From Wigglesworthia glossinidia endosymbiont of Glossina morsitans morsitans (Yale colony) (GTDB taxonomy: Bacteria > Pseudomonadota > Gammaproteobacteria > Enterobacterales > Enterobacteriaceae), in the NCBI RefSeq assembly GCF_000247565.1, contig NC_016893.1, positions 60,001 through 92,000 on the forward strand: a stretch of DNA of 32,000 bases, written 5' to 3'. The notes below the pieces were generated by a model. It searched no databases. It saw nothing but the letters and a program-made list of their open reading frames with translations, and had not been told where the DNA came from. The position numbers and the translations under genes are program-made. This document shows, in pieces, positions 29,711-32,000 of the stretch (positions are counted from its first letter, which is position 1; every line of letters starts with the position of its first letter).

Positions 29711-29717
29711 GGAGGAG
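29711..29717 (+). promoter_or_regulatory. Shine-Dalgarno of infC, extended GGAGGAG
   Basis: GGAGGAG ends 6 nt before the in-frame AUU codon. Confidence 0.85.
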
Positions 29718-29723
29718 TACAAA

Positions 29724-30272
29724 ATTAAAACTGGTAAAAAATATTCAGCTATACGATTAAATCGTATTAACGAAGAAATTCATGCAAAGTTAGTAAGGAT
29801 TATTGGAAATAATAGTGCTAAATTAGGAGTTTTAACACTCTATGAAGCTTTAAACGTAGCTAAAGAATCCGGGATGGATTTAGTCGAAATTAGTCCAAAT
29901 GCAAATCCTCCAGTATGTCGAATTATGAACTACGGAAAATTTTTATACGAAAAAAATAAATCTCATAAAGAGCAAAAGAAAAAACAAAAAACTATTAATA
30001 TCAAAGAAATAAAGTTTAGACCCAATACTGATATAGGAGACTATCAAGTTAAACTACGTAAGTTAACATCTTTTTTAAACAATGGAGATAAAGTTAAAAT
30101 TACTTTACGATTTCGCGGAAGAGAAATTATACATCAAGAAATCGGAATTAATATGCTTAATCGAATTTGTCAAGATTTAAAAGAATTAGCAATCATTGAA
30201 TCATTTCCAAAAAAAATCGAAGGTAGACAGATGGTATTAATATTAATTCCAAAAAAAATTAAACGTTCTTAA
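29724..30272 (+). CDS. infC: Translation initiation factor IF-3; start reassigned to the AUU codon at 29724-29726 instead of the TTG at 29709 in the ORF track
   Basis: Protein '(I)[42 protein letters not shown]...[29 protein letters not shown]...[12 protein letters not shown]'. The DNA reads GGAGGAG-TACAAA-ATT-AAA-ACT-GGT-AAA-AAA, and the E. coli protein starts AUU-AAA-GGC-GGA-AAA. The TTG used in the track overlaps the Shine-Dalgarno. Confidence 0.95.
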   Translation: MKTGKKYSAIRLNRINEEIHAKLVRIIGNNSAKLGVLTLYEALNVAKESGMDLVEISPNANPPVCRIMNYGKFLYEKNKSHKEQKKKQKTINIKEIKFRPNTDIGDYQVKLRKLTSFLNNGDKVKITLRFRGREIIHQEIGINMLNRICQDLKELAIIESFPKKIEGRQMVLILIPKKIKRS

Positions 30273-30327
30273 AAAATACAACATTGATGCTGGCATCGTT
30301 TAATTTTATTTAAAATAGGAATATATT

Positions 30328-30525
30328 GTGTTAAAAATCAAAACTATACGTAGCGTTGCAAAACGTTTTAAAAAAACTAACTCTAATAGACTAAAATATA
30401 AAAAATCAAATTTACGTCATATTTTAACAAAAAAGTCTTCTCAACGTAAAAGAAATTTACGCATTACCTCTTTTACAAATATAGGAGAAAAAAAAATAAT
30501 TTTTCGTTGTTTACCATACAAATAA
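30328..30525 (+). CDS. rpmI: 50S ribosomal protein L35 (GTG start)
   Basis: 65 aa '(M)LKIKTIRSVAKRFKKTNSNRLKYKKSNLRHILTKKSSQRKRNLR'; infC-rpmI-rplT order. Confidence 0.97.
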   Translation: MLKIKTIRSVAKRFKKTNSNRLKYKKSNLRHILTKKSSQRKRNLRITSFTNIGEKKIIFRCLPYK

Positions 30526-30569
30526 ACTTAATATATAATTTTTAATTATACGCAAACTTAGGAGTTACA

Positions 30570-30923
30570 ATGACTCGCGTAAAACGTGGAGTAACAGCTC
30601 ATGCTCGTCATAAAAAAATACTAAAAAAATCAAAAGGATATTACGGAGCACGGTCAAGATCTTACCGAAGTGCATTTCAAGCATTTATTAAATCAGGACA
30701 ATACGCTTATCGTGATCGTAAAAATAAAAAACGAACACTACGTCGATTATGGATTTGTAGAATTAACGCATGTGCTAGAAAACATGGAATATCATATAGC
30801 TTATTTATGCATAAGATTAAGCAGCTATCTATCTATCTCGATAGAAAAATGCTATCCGAAATTGCTATATACGACGAAAAAGCATTTACAAACTTATACG
30901 AAAAAATTAAAAATTTATCTTAA
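30570..30923 (+). CDS. rplT: 50S ribosomal protein L20
   Basis: 117 aa '[55 protein letters not shown]'; preceded by a TAGGAG Shine-Dalgarno. Confidence 0.99.
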   Translation: MTRVKRGVTAHARHKKILKKSKGYYGARSRSYRSAFQAFIKSGQYAYRDRKNKKRTLRRLWICRINACARKHGISYSLFMHKIKQLSIYLDRKMLSEIAIYDEKAFTNLYEKIKNLS

Positions 30924-31060
30924 ATATTTACAAAATAAACATTTATTAAATAATTAACTATTAAACATTTAGAAATATTATATTTTAAAAAATTTTCTTA
31001 TTTTTATTGGATAATTGCATATAATACATATAAACTTTATTAATATAAAAGCATATAAAT

Positions 31061-32000
31061 ATGTCTTATCATGTAAATATTTTGAATATAACATTTTTAA
31101 TTAATACAGCTCAAAATAAAATAAAAAAATGTAATAATATTAAAAAATTAGAACTAATTAAAACATATTGGATTGGGAAATCTGGATTTTTTTCAAAAAA
31201 AAATATTATACTGAATAAATTAATACCATATTCAAATATTATTAAAAATAATATAATTAAATATGCTAGTCTAAAAATTAAAAATATTTATTTAGAGAAA
31301 AAAGAAAAATTAGAAAATAAAAAAATTAGATCAAAAATATCAAAAGATAAAATAGATGTTTCTTTACCGGGGAAAAAATCAGAATTAGGAACTTTACATC
31401 CAATTTCAAAAATAATTTTATATGCAGAAAATTTTTTTCAATCCTTAGGGTTTTCTATCATTTTGGGAAATGAAATAGAAAGTAGTTTTTATAATTTTGA
31501 TGCTTTAAATGTTCCAAAAAATCATCCTTCTCGCACTAAAAAAGATACTTTTTGGATCGACAAAAACTGTTTATTACGCACCCAAACTTCTAGCGTGCAA
31601 ATTCGTGTGATGCAATCTCAAAATCCACCATTAAAAATTATATCTTCTGGACGTGTTTATAGAAATGATCATGATAAAACACATACTCCAATGTTTCATC
31701 AAATGGAAGGATTAATTATTGACTACGACGTAAATTTATCAAATTTAAAATCAATATTATACAATTTTTGTTATTATTTACTTGGTGAAAATATTAAAAT
31801 ACGCTTTCGTCCTACATATTTTCCTTTTACACAACCTTCTGCTGAAATAGACATTATGAACCAATATGGTAAATGGATAGAAATATTAGGATGCGGTTTA
31901 GTGCATCCTAATGTATTAAATAACATCAATATAAATTCTAATAAGTATTCCGGTTTAGCATTTGGCATTGGGATTGAAAGATTAGCAATGCTATATTATA
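31061..32000 (+). CDS. pheS: Phenylalanyl-tRNA synthetase alpha subunit, partial (runs off the window end)
   Basis: Open frame from ATG 31061: 'MSYHVNILNITFLINTAQNKIKK...VSLPGKKSELGTLHPISKIILYAENFFQSLGF...LRTQTSSVQIRVMQSQNPPLKIISSGRVYRNDHDKTHTPMFHQMEGLIID...RFRPTYFPFTQPSAEIDIM...WIEILGCGLVHPNVL'. Missing from the ORF track because it is open-ended. Confidence 0.97.
   Translation, partial: MSYHVNILNITFLINTAQNKIKKCNNIKKLELIKTYWIGKSGFFSKKNIILNKLIPYSNIIKNNIIKYASLKIKNIYLEKKEKLENKKIRSKISKDKIDVSLPGKKSELGTLHPISKIILYAENFFQSLGFSIILGNEIESSFYNFDALNVPKNHPSRTKKDTFWIDKNCLLRTQTSSVQIRVMQSQNPPLKIISSGRVYRNDHDKTHTPMFHQMEGLIIDYDVNLSNLKSILYNFCYYLLGENIKIRFRPTYFPFTQPSAEIDIMNQYGKWIEILGCGLVHPNVLNNININSNKYSGLAFGIGIERLAMLYY

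Noticed and set aside
30670-30957. 95-aa + strand ORF overlapping rplT in another frame
   Set aside because: Almost completely overlaps rplT (L20) in a different frame; low-complexity composition and no homology I recognise.
31774-31968. 64-aa minus-strand ORF opposite pheS
   Set aside because: Antisense to the conserved PheS motif region.
1-32000. CRISPR arrays, insertion sequences, prophage, toxin-antitoxin or other novel defence/accessory systems
   Set aside because: Nearly all long ORFs map to well-known core gammaproteobacterial genes. I observed no direct-repeat arrays, transposase motifs or unexplained multi-gene cluster.

Overview
This 32 kb window is very AT-rich and gene-dense. 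It looks like a piece of a reduced gammaproteobacterial insect-endosymbiont chromosome. The flagellar content (fliL-K-J-I-H-G-F, fliE, fliS, fliD, fliC), orphan opgH, hemL, rpoH, mltC and low GC together suggest a Wigglesworthia-like symbiont rather than a typical Buchnera; this is my inference from gene content, not a database result. Left to right: the fliL(partial)..fliF block (-), fliE (+), fliS-fliD (-), fliC (+), trhO/yceA (-), opgH (-), gloB (-), rnhA (-), dnaQ (+), rsmD (-), ftsY-rpoH (+), hemL (-), erpA (+), mutY-yggX-mltC (-), yggS-proC-rdgB (-), and thrS-infC-rpmI-rplT-pheS(partial) (+). I see no CRISPR array, mobile element, rRNA, convincing tRNA or novel multi-gene system. The best small-scale signals are: two divergent, near-consensus sigma-28 promoters between fliD and fliC; a strong hairpin after fliC; a conserved non-canonical AUU start for infC that the ORF track misses; possible trmB debris upstream of mutY; opgH without opgG; deletion-compacted ancestral neighbourhoods; and long poly-A tracts inside fliJ and ftsY.
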